This document shows, one piece after another, positions 1 through 11,020 of a stretch of DNA of 20,000 nt. The notes under the pieces are model-generated. The model ran no database searches. It was not told the origin of the DNA and was given only the letters and a program-made list of their open reading frames with translations. Positions within the stretch are counted from its first letter, which is position 1, and the number at the start of each line of letters is the position of its first letter. This stretch comes from Chiloscyllium plagiosum (lineage: Eukaryota), in the NCBI RefSeq assembly GCF_004010195.1, contig NC_057719.1:69356421-69376420 (forward strand). Reading direction: 5' to 3'. The translations under genes and the position numbers were made by a program.

Positions 1-968
1 GGACCCAATATATCCAAGATTACTACGGGAAGCGAGGAATGAGATTGGTGCGCCTCTGGCGATTATCCTCACTCTCCACAGTAGTACCAGATGATCAGAG
101 GGAGGCGAATGTTGTCCCTCTGTTAATAAAAGAGAATAGGGAAACCCCTGAGAATTACAGACCAGTCAGTCTTATGTTGGTGGTAAGCACATACTGGAAA
201 GGATTCTGAGAGATAGGATTTATGACTATTTGGAAAAACAGTTTGATTAGAGGTAGTCAGTATGGCTTTAAGGGGGAAGCCGGTCATGCCTCACAAGCCT
301 TACTGAGTTCTTTGAGGAGGTGACGAGACACAGTGTCGAACGTTGAGCAGTGGATGTGGTGTATATGGATTTCAGTAAGGCAGTTGATAAGACTCCCATG
401 GTAGGCTCATTCACAAGGTTGGGAGGTATGGGATACAGGGAAATTTGGCTGTCTGAATACAGAATTGGCTGGCTGAAAGACGACAGTGAATGGTATTGGA
501 TGGAAAGTATTCCGCCTGGAGGTCGGTGACCAGTGCTATCCTGCAGGGATCTGTTTTTGGATCTCTGCTCTTTGTAGTGTTTATAAATGACTTGGATGAA
601 GTAGTGAGAGGGTGGATCAGTGATGACACAAATGTCGGTGGTGTTGTAGATAGTGTCGAGGGCTGTTGTCGCCTGCAACATGACATTGACAGGATGCAGA
701 GCTGGGCTGAGAAGTGGCAAATAGAGTTCAACCTGGACAAATGCAAAAGTGATTCATTTTGGAAGGCTGAATTTGAATGTTGAATACAGGGTTAAAGACA
801 GAATTTTTGGCAGTGTGGAGGAACAGCAGGATCTTGGGATCCATATACATACATCCCTCAAAATTGCCACCCAAGTTGATAGGGCTGATAAGGCGGCATA
901 TGGTGTTTTGGCTTTCATTATCAGAGGAATTGAGTTTGAGCCATGAGGTTTTGCTGCAGCTCTATAAA

Positions 969-1153
969 AGGAGAAAGTGAGGACTGCAGATGCTGGAGAT
1001 CAGAGCTGAAAATGTGTTGCTGGAAAAGTGCAGCAGGTCAGGCAGCATCCAAGGAGCAGGAGGCTGAAGAAGGGCTCATGCCCGAAACATCGATTCTCCT
1101 GCTCCTTGGATGCTGCCTGACCTGCTGCGCTATTCCAGCAACACATTTTCAGC
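969..1153. mobile_element. Non-autonomous Penelope-derived foldback insertion with a hammerhead core, flanked by a 13-bp TSD
   Basis: GCAGCTCTATAAA occurs at 956-968 and 1154-1166. The inverted arms 1005-1062 and 1096-1153 match at 56/58. The loop contains CTGAAGA-agggctcatgccc-GAAAC. Confidence 0.85.
1058..1100 (+). ncRNA. Minimal hammerhead ribozyme motif (Penelope-type), probably inactive
   Basis: CUGANGA at 1064-1070, stem II gggc/gccc closing a tcat loop, GAAAC at 1084-1088, then ATC where active motifs usually have GTC. Confidence 0.7.
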
Positions 1154-2015
1154 GCAGCTCTATAAACCCTGGTTAGACCAGGCTTGGAATATTGTGTCCA
1201 GTTCTGGTCACCTTATTATAGGAAGGATGTAGATGCTTTAGAAATGGTGCAGAGGAAATTTACCAGGATCTTCTGCCAAGATTGGCAGGCAAGTCTTACG
1301 AAGAAAGGTTGAGTGAGCTCAAGCTTTTCACACTGGAGAGAAGGAAGGAAGTGAGGTGACTTGATAGAGTTGTATTAGGTAATGAGAGGCATAGATAGCG
1401 TATATAGCCAGAGATGTTTCCCCAGGGCAGAAATGGCAGTCACGAGGGATCATAATTTTAAGGTATAGGGGAGATGTTAGAGATAGGTTCTTTACGGAGA
1501 GTGGTGGGGTGTGTGAAATGCACTGGCAGCAGTGGTAGTAGAGTCAGAGACATTGGGGACACTTAGGTGACTGCTGGACAAGCACATGGATGGCAGTATA
1601 TTGCGGGGTGCGTAGGCTAGGTTGATCTTAAATTAAGATAAAGGCTCAGCAAGACATCGTGGACCGAAGGGCCTGTGCTATACTGTTCTATGTTCTAAAA
1701 ACAAATCAAAGTTGAATGAAGCAGCAAGTTCAGAAGGCTGATGAGGCCAAGTGAATGCCACTGTATTGTCCCAAAGGAAGGAAACCACTTTGAGGATATG
1801 GTTTCAACACCAACAGCAATTAAGCAGCTGCAGTTCACAGCCACATAACCAAGGATTCTGCTAAATTACTAGTAATTACTAAATTACAGAGTGAATCAAT
1901 CTGCTGTAAAAATGTACCATTTCTCTATCAAGCCCCTCACATATACCAGCACTTGTATTTAAATTAATGATAACATGAAAAATTTAACAATGGGTGATAG
2001 GATTTAAAAACAAAA

Positions 2016-2290
2016 TCATTTATGGGATGTGGGTGTCAGTGCCAGAGCCAGCATTTTAATACCCATCCTTAATTCCCCTGGAAAAGGCATGATGAGCTGC
2101 TTTCTTGAAATGTTTTAATGCCTGGGACTTAGGATAAACCATAGTATGGTTAGAATGGAGGTGCAATGACAATGAAGGATTGGTGATATAGTTCCATGAT
2201 GTTTGATTTGAAGGGGAACTTAAAGGTTGTGGTGCTCCTATCACATCTGCTGCGCTCATCTGCCAACAATGTGGGAACAACAGTACTGGA
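2016..2290 (-). mobile_element. Old LINE 3' end, clade uncertain
   Basis: The minus-strand translation KHFKKAAHHAFSRG resembles the recalled C-terminus (RFKKAAHHHLLKG) of a common shark LINE. It is followed by a 3' UTR-like ...gggtattaaaatgctggc...cccacatcccat. Confidence 0.55.
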
Positions 2291-2504
2291 GTTTTTCCCC
2301 TTTGTATTTGGTAGCTTCCTTCCATATTTAAAGACAAATAACTATATTCCAGTACAGAAACTCATAGTAATCTAATTCCTGCTTTTGCAATAATCCACTC
2401 CATAAATATCAGATTGGCACATGGTTGACTTCTCAAAAATATAATTTTTAATCTTTTAAGGATCAATCCCTAACAGCAATATCTTATTGAAACATAAGAT
2501 CCAG

Positions 2505-3015
2505 TGTCGACCTAATAGGGTGAATATCTAGAAAGTGCTTCCTCTTAGGATGGAGACTAGAACTAGGCAAAGCAGTTAAGAATGAGAGATCTTCCTTTTA
2601 AGATTGGGAGGAGGAGAGTATTTTTCCTGAGGATCATTAGTCTATATAATTCTATTTCCAAGAAAGCCATTGCAGCTGGGGCGTAATATCAATAGATGCT
2701 TGGCCTAGAATCAAATATATTTACTCCAGCTCTGTGCGTGAATGTGTTTGGAAAGGGATTTGTAAACATTTGGATAGTTTCAAGTTGTATTATCACGGAA
2801 TGAAACTGCAAAATTTCTACTTATTGCATTTGAAAAGTACAGACTGCAGTTGATTTATTCTAGACCTAGTTGGTGAGATGTTTGGCCAATAAGGGAGCTA
2901 AGGGTAATGAGGTGGCAGACAGGAAAATGGAATGGAGATCACAATCTGTTGAGCCATGATCTTACTAAGTGGTGAAACAGACTTGAATGGCCAGTTACCA
3001 ACTCCTGCTCCCATG
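2505..3015 (+). mobile_element. Old CR1 3' fragment, split by a ~170-bp unrelated insert
   Basis: 2530-2680 resembles the CR1 C-terminal coding region (FPL..ETRTR / LYNS). 2870-3015 resembles the CR1 3' UTR (agccatgatctt..gaatggcc..actcctgctcc). Confidence 0.6.
2696..2865 (+). repeat. ~170-bp dispersed direct repeat, copy A
   Basis: Collinear with 4135-4308. Shared exact words are AAACATTTGGATAGT, GGAATGAAACTGCA, AATTTCTAC and CAGACTGCA. Confidence 0.85.
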
Positions 3016-3157
3016 GGACTGAAAATGAGTATATGTTAAATCAACAAAGAAAAAAAAACCCAAAGTGACACATGGGGCAAAAGGCACAGGTCTAACTGAG
3101 AAGATAATTGAACAGCTATCTAAAGTATCTTGAAATGAAGATTTTGAGGTTGCTCAC

Positions 3158-3315
3158 CTTGTGTGCAGTTTCAGCAAATTGCTGGGAGCTGTTCATCATC
3201 TCTGCAGTCTGTTTCTCAGCTCGGCCTAACCTTTCCCCACGTTCATTCAAGGCTTGGCTGGCTTTCTGGACTGCACTTGTAACACTGTCTGCAGCTGAAT
3301 GCAAGATACTATTTC
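3158..3315 (-). CDS. STXBP6: Internal (penultimate) coding exon of syntaxin-binding protein 6 (amisyn), R-SNARE motif
   Basis: Translation (G)NSILHSAADSVTSAVQKASQALNERGERLGRAEKQTAEMMNSSQQFAETAHK closely matches the recalled amisyn C-terminal sequence. The acceptor is tcttctgtcccAG|GA at 3316/3315 (phase 1) and the donor is AAG|GTGAGC at 3158/3157 (phase 0). Length is 158 nt. Confidence 0.95.
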
Positions 3316-4134
3316 CTGGGACAGAAGAGGATTTTAAAAATAAATTAGCTTTCTGATTTGTCAAACAATGTAGCAAAGCAGCAGGCATACGACAGGTGTA
3401 ATTTATATTGTATCTTTTACACTAGAAATCTCCCAATGCATATCAGAAATGGAAACTAAAAAGTGTCACAAATAATAACAAATTGCACAAAATCACATCA
3501 GTCCAAAGATTGGAGGGAAAAGTATTATTTTTGTGTTTTCTTCTGATCTACACTTTTTATTGTTTTAACAATCTTACATGCTGTTCACTGAAGACATTCT
3601 AGTAATTCTGACTGGTACGGACTCTCTGACTGCTCCTCTAGCTTTAATCTCTCCTCTTCACAGGCTTAGCTGAGATCACCTGCAAGTGGTTGTTGCAATC
3701 ATGGGAGATAGTATCTGTGTCAATAGTTGGGAGAAAGGAAATGAATACATTTATTATGCAAACTGGCCAAACTCGCTGTCGTGTACCTATGTGAAAACTA
3801 AACAAAACAGGATTTGTCTCAGCTGTGGTGTGGCGTGCACTGCTCTACTATAATACTGTTGCCTACCATCATCTGGACTGATATGATGAACAAACACTTG
3901 AATAGAATATGAAAGCAGTGCTGACATCTAAGTAAGCATGAACCAGTGAAGGATTGTCTTTAGGAGACAAGACAAAGGATCTTATGATGCCCCACTTAAA
4001 TTTGTTGCTTTATGCTGTGATATGCTCCAAAGAAATCTGTGCTGGTCAAATCTCAAAAAGGACAACTCCTCAGTCATGGGCTTGAATTGATGTTTTCTTG
4101 TGCTCTCTGAAGGGTATTAGGATGCATATTATAA

Positions 4135-4308
4135 ATGCTTGGTCGAGAACCAAAAGGGATTTATTCCAGCTGTATGTGCAAGTGCGTTTAGAAACTGATT
4201 TGCAAACATTTGGATAGTATTTTGAATAATAGCTGCATCATGATGGAATGAAACTGCACAATTTCTACATATTTATATTCAAAGTGCAGACTGCAACTGG
4301 TATTTCTA
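4135..4308 (+). repeat. ~170-bp dispersed direct repeat, copy B
   Basis: Collinear with 2696-2865: AAACATTTGGATAGT at 4204-4218 vs 2764-2778, and GGAATGAAACTGCA at 4245-4258 vs 2797-2810. Confidence 0.85.
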
Positions 4309-4617
4309 ACACGCCTGGAAAACATTGTTCAGCAATCTTTGAGACTTTCACTAAACTGTAAAACCAACATATTCCACAAAACTGCCATGGTTGGAAATCC
4401 AGAATGAAAGCAGAACACTCAGCAGGCTGCCAGATTTGGTGAGTGTTTCCAGCTTTTCTACTTTTATTGGCACTCATGAATTTACTCAAGGCGAGAACTC
4501 ATGCTTTTTTCCTAATAAGGACATAGATGGAATTTGTCGGCATAAATCAGACCTTCCTATTCTCCTGGCCAAATTCAGGATTTGGGGAATTTCCTTCGGC
4601 CTTAGGTGAGGACCCAA

Positions 4618-4748
4618 AACTCTGATGAAGAGTCATCCACTCAAAACCTAGCTTCCTCCCTCTCCATGGATGCTGCTTCACTCACTGTGACTTACAGCAT
4701 TTGTTGTTTTCCATACAGATTCCAGTATCTGCAGTAATTTGCTCCTAC
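4618..4748 (+). mobile_element. Penelope-type terminal repeat remnant with a degenerate hammerhead motif
   Basis: CTGATGA (4622-4628), stem gagt/actc, then AAAAC in place of GAAAC. The downstream ctctccatggatgctgc...cagcattt...ccagtatctgcagt parallels the tails at 969-1153 and 12066-12130. Confidence 0.65.
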
Positions 4749-5911
4749 CTTATATCACAAAGTTGTTTGTTGAAAGACTAAACATAACACTAGGTGGCAG
4801 AATATTCCATAAATTTATTGTTCCAAATTTGGAGGAATTAATCTTGGAATTACACTCTAATACTGACACCAGTAACTGGAATGCTTTGCATTGATTTTCA
4901 GAATAAAATTCAGGAAAACCCTGACAACTATGGATCCTACCATGGCTTATAAATTCAGGGATGGAAATAGCTGTTCACACAGGAAATAAAGTGGTTAATA
5001 ATCTCACTTGAATCTCAGTGGATAAACTGCTAAAAGACTTCACAAAAACTCCAATCTTAACAGCTGCATCTTCTTGCCACCCACTGACAGATGTATGAGC
5101 ATTTCTGAAAAGCACAGTATATTCCACAGGAGCACAGTAGGCTGTTACAGTTGTGAACTGTATTGGAATTTCTTTCTTCCTAGCCTCCAGAGGACGATGA
5201 ATCATGCTGCAGTATGATTCCACAGATATCAGCAACATTCCTCTACCTCCCACAAGCAACTTTTCACATTTGAAGCCAGGCAGTCCTCATGGGCTAGTTA
5301 GTCAATCTTATCTTTGCTTATAATAAAAAGAACAAATAAGCTGAAACTACACAAAAGGGCAGCTGGGAGGAAAAAAAAAGAGACAACCTTTCTGCTTTTA
5401 ACTAGTGAATGATGTCAGAAACAGAATGATGTCATGGTGATCTCAGTGGAACATTAAAGTCCAACACCTGCCAAATTTCAAATCCTCGCCAGCAATTACC
5501 TATTGATTTATTATCCCACTTTAGAATTAGCACCAAAACTTGAAATATACAATTACTGCAGTGACAAGTTCGTCTGTATACACTATCTCAGCAGATCTCA
5601 TTCAGCTAGCAATCCAGAATAGGTCTCAAGGCACCATGAGCATCTCTATTTTAAATATGAACACAGAAAACACTGATATGTTATGACTTTCATCTTTCGA
5701 TATTTTGGAGGGATTACAGTAGTTTGGAATAATTGCTTTTCGCCAGGACTTCTGTTTTTAAGTGAAGGTGCTTTATTTCAATTCAAGTTTAATACAGTGC
5801 TTACTAAACAATAGTAGAAGAATGAAGTAGGCTGAATCATATTAACACTGGACTGTAGATTGCAAATTAGATCAGAGTCTTTTCAAACAGTTGTATTTCC
5901 TAAATGATCAG

Positions 5912-6303
5912 CTGAGGCTCAGTTGGTAGCACTTTCCCAGATCCTGGAAGGCTGTGGTCTTGGATCCAAAGGCAGAAGAGAGTAAAATTAAACCTGACAG
6001 CTCAGCACAGAAAAGAGGCAGTGCTGCAATGCCCAAGTATTATCTTTTGGATGAGATATTAAATAGAAACCCAGTTTGCACTCTCAGATAGCTATAAAAT
6101 AGCTATAAAACATACTATGGCATTGACAACTAGTCGTCATCTCCAGTATCCTGTTAATATTTATCAATGTCACGAACAGATGATCTGGTTATATTATATT
6201 ACTGTTTGTGGTGCACGAATTGGCTGTGTTTCCTACAATGCAGCAGTCTCTGTAAAGCACTTTGGAATGTCCCGAGGTTCTGAAAGGTATCATACAAATT
6301 TAA
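5912..6303 (+). mobile_element. tRNA-derived Deu-domain SINE (SacSINE1-like), decayed
   Basis: A-box-like head ggctcagttggtagcac, a Deu-like core (gtgctgca...tcttttggatgagatattaaa...ctctcag), and an L2-like tail aaagcactttggaatgtcccgagg..tgaaagg. Confidence 0.75.
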
Positions 6304-7939
6304 ATCAGTAACAATTAATGTTTTTACAATCTCTTCTGCAAATGTTCTCTGCTGGATTTCAGAAAGGAGGGAAGAGAAATGAAGGAAAATTTAATTTTTA
6401 GAATAAATAAAGCTTAAAAAGTGCCAACTTGCTTACCCGCAATACCTCTCATTGCTAAGTTTAATTTATTCAATATTTTGTATAACTGAATTTAATGACT
6501 TCGTTGAGTACAAAAAAAATCCTATGACAACTATAATTTCACTCCATTGCTGGATAAAGAGTAATGCGTGTACGTCAACTTTGCAACATAGTGATGCAGC
6601 AGAAAAGTTAACTGCACTGCAGACAAATTCACCATGAATGATATATCTGCTGCAGATAACGTAAACTGTATTTTAATGCAATGCTACCAGTGACAAAATA
6701 AAACTTGATTACTCATTTGTCAGTGCAACTCAACTTAGCATGTAAAACTCAAATTTATTTTAAGATGAAACCAGAACATCTAAGTGTGATTTTCAATTGG
6801 CATAAACATTAAGAAGCACACTAATTCTGTGGAAAATAATGTCATTATAGAAATGTGAAGTCAAGTTGCAGTAAAATTGCAACATAAAAAGCAGTTCTGC
6901 ATGAAAGCAGGCAAGATTATTCATGGGATAAAAGACACAGCACCTGATCAGCTAAATGTAAAATCAAGTCATTTTCCCTCCCAACATTTTAGATATAGCC
7001 AATTGAAAGTATTTGCCTGGCTGTCTGTGCTCAGCAGCAGCATTACATGATAACACTGTGTACTTACAATGACAGCATAGGATGGAAGCAGTCAACTGCT
7101 GACAAATTATTAATACACACTGCTGCGGAATATTGCTTTGGGCTAAAGCACATTATTTCTGAAGCAGATATTTTTAAAACACCAGCTCAGTGTAGAGGTG
7201 CCTGGTCAATTTTCTTCAACAATTATAATCTTGGAAAGCACCACGGAATGATCATCTCAGAGCTAAACAAATAAGTTGTTGTTTTCATAGATTCTGCAGT
7301 TATTGCTCAAGCACCAACACAAAATGTGTAAAATGAACACCATATGCACTGCTATCTCCTCTCCTCAGTTGTTTTGTATCCCTCAACAGATAGTTTTCTC
7401 TTGTGCCTCCTAGATCTTTATTCCAGCAGGAATCCCTCCATCAATGAGTGCTCCAATATTCCACCCTCTAAACAGATCTCAACTTGTCAGCACACCCATC
7501 TCCAAATCTGGATTGCAAATATTGTTTCATCGCGATTCTCCACATGAACTTTGATGACACCACTGGATGCTATGGCATTGTCTCCTCTTCATTGTTAGTT
7601 TACATCCAGAATACATTTCCTTATAATTGCTATGTAACCAGGCCTTCTCATTTTTCTTCTAACCCTTTTTTGTCTTTACCTCTCTGTCATCATACCTCTT
7701 TTTTTTTTCCTCTCCACACAGATAGTCTGCCCTCTCAAGTCACTTCCCTAACCTTTCAACATTCCGACTGCCATCGCAGACCCAATTCCCTCGGACAGAA
7801 GTAACTTTGTTTTGTAGTTCACATGCATTCTCCTCCGGATTCATAGAGGAAGTCTTCACTATCTCTTATCAGCAGTAACCCCAACATCTCCATCTTACTC
7901 CTCATTCCTGGTGGGAGCTGAGTTTCCCCCAAAGTCCCC

Positions 7940-8029
7940 CCTTACAAATCGCCCTTCCCACTACTGACCCTGCAGACTCTGCTAATGTGCACTACTCCTC
8001 ACCGCCACCTCTAAGCATCTCCATCAAGA
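7940..8029 (+). mobile_element. Old L2 LINE, start of the endonuclease region (left piece)
   Basis: cta agc atc tcc atc aag (LSISIK, 8011-8028) joins in frame to NVFSIVNMTLAIQELIIED after the Penelope insertion. Together they resemble the recalled L2 EN start LRISLQNVRSLVNKALAIHELI. Confidence 0.5.
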
Positions 8030-9573
8030 TGGTCTTATCTGACCGACCCTTGACAGACACTGAAAAAGTCTTAGTAACAGGATTAAATTACAACTTCCAG
8101 GATGCAAAGATTTCTTAGCAGTATTAGAAACAACACTGAAAGACAACCAACTCACAGAAGAAACCCAGCAAACCATCAGACAGTCGCACCAACATTAAGC
8201 AGGAAAAAAGGAAGGAAACACACTTAATACACAAGAAAGGAAAGCACTAGAAAACTAAAGAAAAAGATAAAAACATTGTTATCCTACCTGCAGACAAAGG
8301 ACGCTTGACAATCATTTTAAATCAAACAGACTACATTGAGAAAGTGAACACAAATCTTGCAGATACCAACACTTGCCAACAAGTGACGACAGATCCGACC
8401 CCACAACTAGAGAACCGAATCACAGCCCTATTAAAAAAAAACTTCAGAAATCTAGAGAAATAAATAAGACCGACTTCCAAAAAATGTAACCAGACGGATC
8501 CAACACACCACGTTTCTACGGATTACCCAAAATTCACAAACCAGGATCCCCCCCTCAGACCCACAGTCTTGCTACCTGGAACACCAACTTACAGATTGGC
8601 TAAGGAGCTACACCAAAGACTAAAACAGTTAGTAGAAGACTCACAATTCCACCCAAGAATTCCTGAAGACCAAAGACACCAAGATAAAAGAGGATGAAAT
8701 AATGGTCTCCTTTGACGTAACAGCCCAGTTCACATCCATCAACATCAACCTGGCCAAGGAAACACTGACTACATTATTAGAAGAATCAAAGACACATACA
8801 CCAAACACCATCAACTTCATCAGCAAGGACAAGGTCATCAAGTTGATGGACCTATGCATTACCACCCGCTTCACCTTCAACAATAAAACCTACAGAAAAA
8901 CCAACGGAACACCCATGTGATCTCCGATATCAGGGTACTTAGCAGAGGCAGTAATGCAGAGACACGAACAAACAGTGCTGCCAACCATCCAATCTAAACT
9001 TGGTCTGCTACGTGGATGACACCTGTGTCATGAAATGAAACCAGAGGAAACCTTCAAGACCATCAATAATACCCTTACTATCATCAAATTCACTTAAGAG
9101 GAGGAAAACAACAAACTGCCATTCCTAGATGTCGCAGTAGAACGAACAGCCAATGGGGAGCTTCAAGCCAGCGTCTACAAGAAAACACCATATACTGACC
9201 AAGTACTGAACTACAGAAGCGATCATCCCAATACCCACAAATGAAGCTGCATTAGAACATTGTTTCAACAAGCCACCACACATACAGCAGAGAAACTACA
9301 CAGAGCAGAGGAAATTCACCTACACAGTGTATTCAAAAAGAACAGGTACCCAATGAACACAGTTCGCCACTTTCTCAGCAACAAACCCTAACAAGCAGGC
9401 AAAACACGTCCAGAAACCCTAGCCACTCTCCCCTACATCAAATGATTGCCAGGCTACTGAGACCCCTTGGCATCATGGTACCCACCAACACACTAAAACA
9501 GCAGCTCATGAACTCGAAAGACCCTATACACACAACAAGCAAAACTAATGTCATTTACATAATATCTTGCAAG

Positions 9574-10029
9574 AAGATGAAGGAACTGAGCTACAGGGAG
9601 ATGCTGAACAGGCTGGGGCTGTTTTCCCTGGAGTATCGGAGGCTGAGGGGGTGACCTTATAGAGGTTTACAAAATTATGAAGGGCATGGATAGGATAAAT
9701 AGGCAAAGTCTTTTCCCTGGGGTCGGGGAGTCCAGAACTAGAGGGCATAGGTTTAGGGTGAGAGGGGAAAGATATAAGAGAGGCCTAAGGGGTAACCTTT
9801 TCACTCAGAGGGTGGTACGTGTATGGAATGAGTTGCGAGAGGATGTGGTGGAGGCTGGTACAATTGCACCATTTAAGAGGCATTTGGATGGGTATATGAA
9901 TAGGAAGGGTTTGGAGGGATATGGGCCGGGTGCTGGCAGGTGGGACTAGATTGGGTTGGGATATCTGGTCGGCATGGACGGGTTGGACCGAAGGATCTGT
10001 TTCCATGCTGTACATCTCTCTGACTCTAT
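9574..10029 (+). mobile_element. 5'-truncated CR1 LINE nested in the Penelope GIY-YIG domain
   Basis: LSYREMLNRLGLFSLEYRRLRG and FPGVGESRTRGHRFRVRG motifs, and a tail ...gctgtacatctctctgactctat. The Penelope frame resumes at 10030. Confidence 0.93.
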
Positions 10030-10371
10030 AACTGTAACAAGCACTACATTGGACAAACAGGCAGAAAAATAGCCACCAAGATACATGAACATCTACTAGG
10101 CACAAGACGACATTACACACTCTCACTGGTATCCTTACATGCAGATAAGAAAGGACTGGGACAACACATCCATCCTCGGACAAGCCAAACAGAGACATGC
10201 AAGAGAATTCCTTGAAGCACGGCATTCCAACCAGAACTTTATCAACAAACACATTGAGTTAGACCCTATCTACCACCCCCTGAGAAAAAGAACAGGAAAT
10301 GACTTCACCAACCCAAGGAAACCTAAACACAAAAGGAAGCAGGCCATGCCACCAATGCTTTATCCAGAGGC

Positions 10372-10411
10372 TCACTGATGATGTTACGTAGTAGGATGAC
10401 AAAACATCTGA
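10372..10411 (+). ncRNA. Degenerate hammerhead ribozyme motif at the Penelope 3' end
   Basis: tca-CTGATGA (10375-10381), a degenerate stem II, then AAAAC-ATC-tga. The tca/tga pair forms stem I, and two G>A changes hit the core. Confidence 0.55.
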
Positions 10412-10451
10412 AAACAAACCTTCCAGCTCAACGAGCAAACCTACATCCAGA

Positions 10452-10760
10452 ATGTCTTTTCAATTGTGAACATGACCTTGGCTATCCAGGAGCTTATAAT
10501 TGAAGACGAGAGAAAACAAAGGAGAATTGAGGTGATAAACCTATCAGCCATGATCGAATGGTGGAACAGACTCGATGGGTTGAATGGGCCTAATTCAACT
10601 CATATGTCTTATAGTCTCCCTCATGTTAGGGTTTCATAGAAAACTGGCCAAAGAGAGCTGACAACGTCCTGCGCATTGAAACGCCCCCTCCTGGCTGTAC
10701 CTGCCATCACCTATCTCTCCCAGACTGTTCCATGGTGACCATCAACATCACACTCTTTTA
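10452..10760 (+). mobile_element. Old L2 LINE endonuclease fragment, with a short CR1 tail inserted at ~10510-10617
   Basis: NVFSIVNMTLAIQELIIED, then a CR1 3' UTR (atcagccatgatcgaatggtggaacagactcgatggg...tatgtcttatagtct), then ETPPPGCTCHHL resembling the L2 EASPPGYTFHHL. Confidence 0.55.
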
Positions 10761-11020
10761 TCCTTAGCAACTTCAAATATCTCAGTTTACTAAGCCCTGG
10801 GCTCACTGTGCCTCACAGTTTAATTGTTTCCTAACTTTACCAAACCAAAACCACTTTAATCCAATTGCTGTTCCATGGCATTGTTACTTCCATTAACCAA
10901 AGATATGGACATCTCTGATCACTTCCGTTTGATGGAAATTGGGGCTCTTTAAAACTGAATTTTCCAAGTATTTACTGTGCAGTATAAGAGTTCATTTAAC
11001 AGCTATTACAATAATAATAA

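Larger units (their letters stand above)
1..1697 (+). mobile_element. CR1-type LINE, RT region to 3' tail, decayed; runs off the 5' edge of the window and is interrupted by an insertion at 969-1153
   Basis: Translations show CR1 ORF2 motifs: NYRPVSL (~152-172), VTSAILQGSVFGSLLFVVFINDLD and SDDTNVGG (ORF 490-783), and WAEKWQIEFN. It has several frameshifts and ends in a CR1-type tail ...gaagggcctgtgctatactgttctatgttct. Confidence 0.93.
8035..10451 (+). mobile_element. Penelope-like retroelement (RT + GIY-YIG endonuclease), 5'-truncated, pseudogenised, interrupted by CR1
   Basis: Motifs: LSDRPLTDTEK..GLNYN, ILPADKG, FYGLPKIHKPG, MVSFDVTAQFTSI, NGTPM*SPISG, YVDDT (9009-9023), LPFLDV, and VIYIISCK / NCNKHYIGQTGR. 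It has multiple stops and frameshifts and a terminal hammerhead-like motif. Confidence 0.93.

Noticed and set aside
943..1176. 77-aa Cys-rich ORF
   Set aside because: It is a chance frame across the foldback insertion.
3108..3356. 82-aa plus-strand ORF
   Set aside because: It is the antisense shadow of the STXBP6 exon, with no independent coding evidence.
3116..3388. 90-aa minus-strand ORF read as a single-exon gene
   Set aside because: Only 3158-3315 matches amisyn and is bounded by splice sites. The flanks are intron read-through.
5407..5434. Direct repeat GAATGATGTCA x2
   Set aside because: It has only two short copies and no array. It is not CRISPR-like and cannot be supported as a regulatory site.
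6089..6111. Tandem duplication of tagctataaaa
   Set aside because: It is a trivial slippage event inside a SINE.
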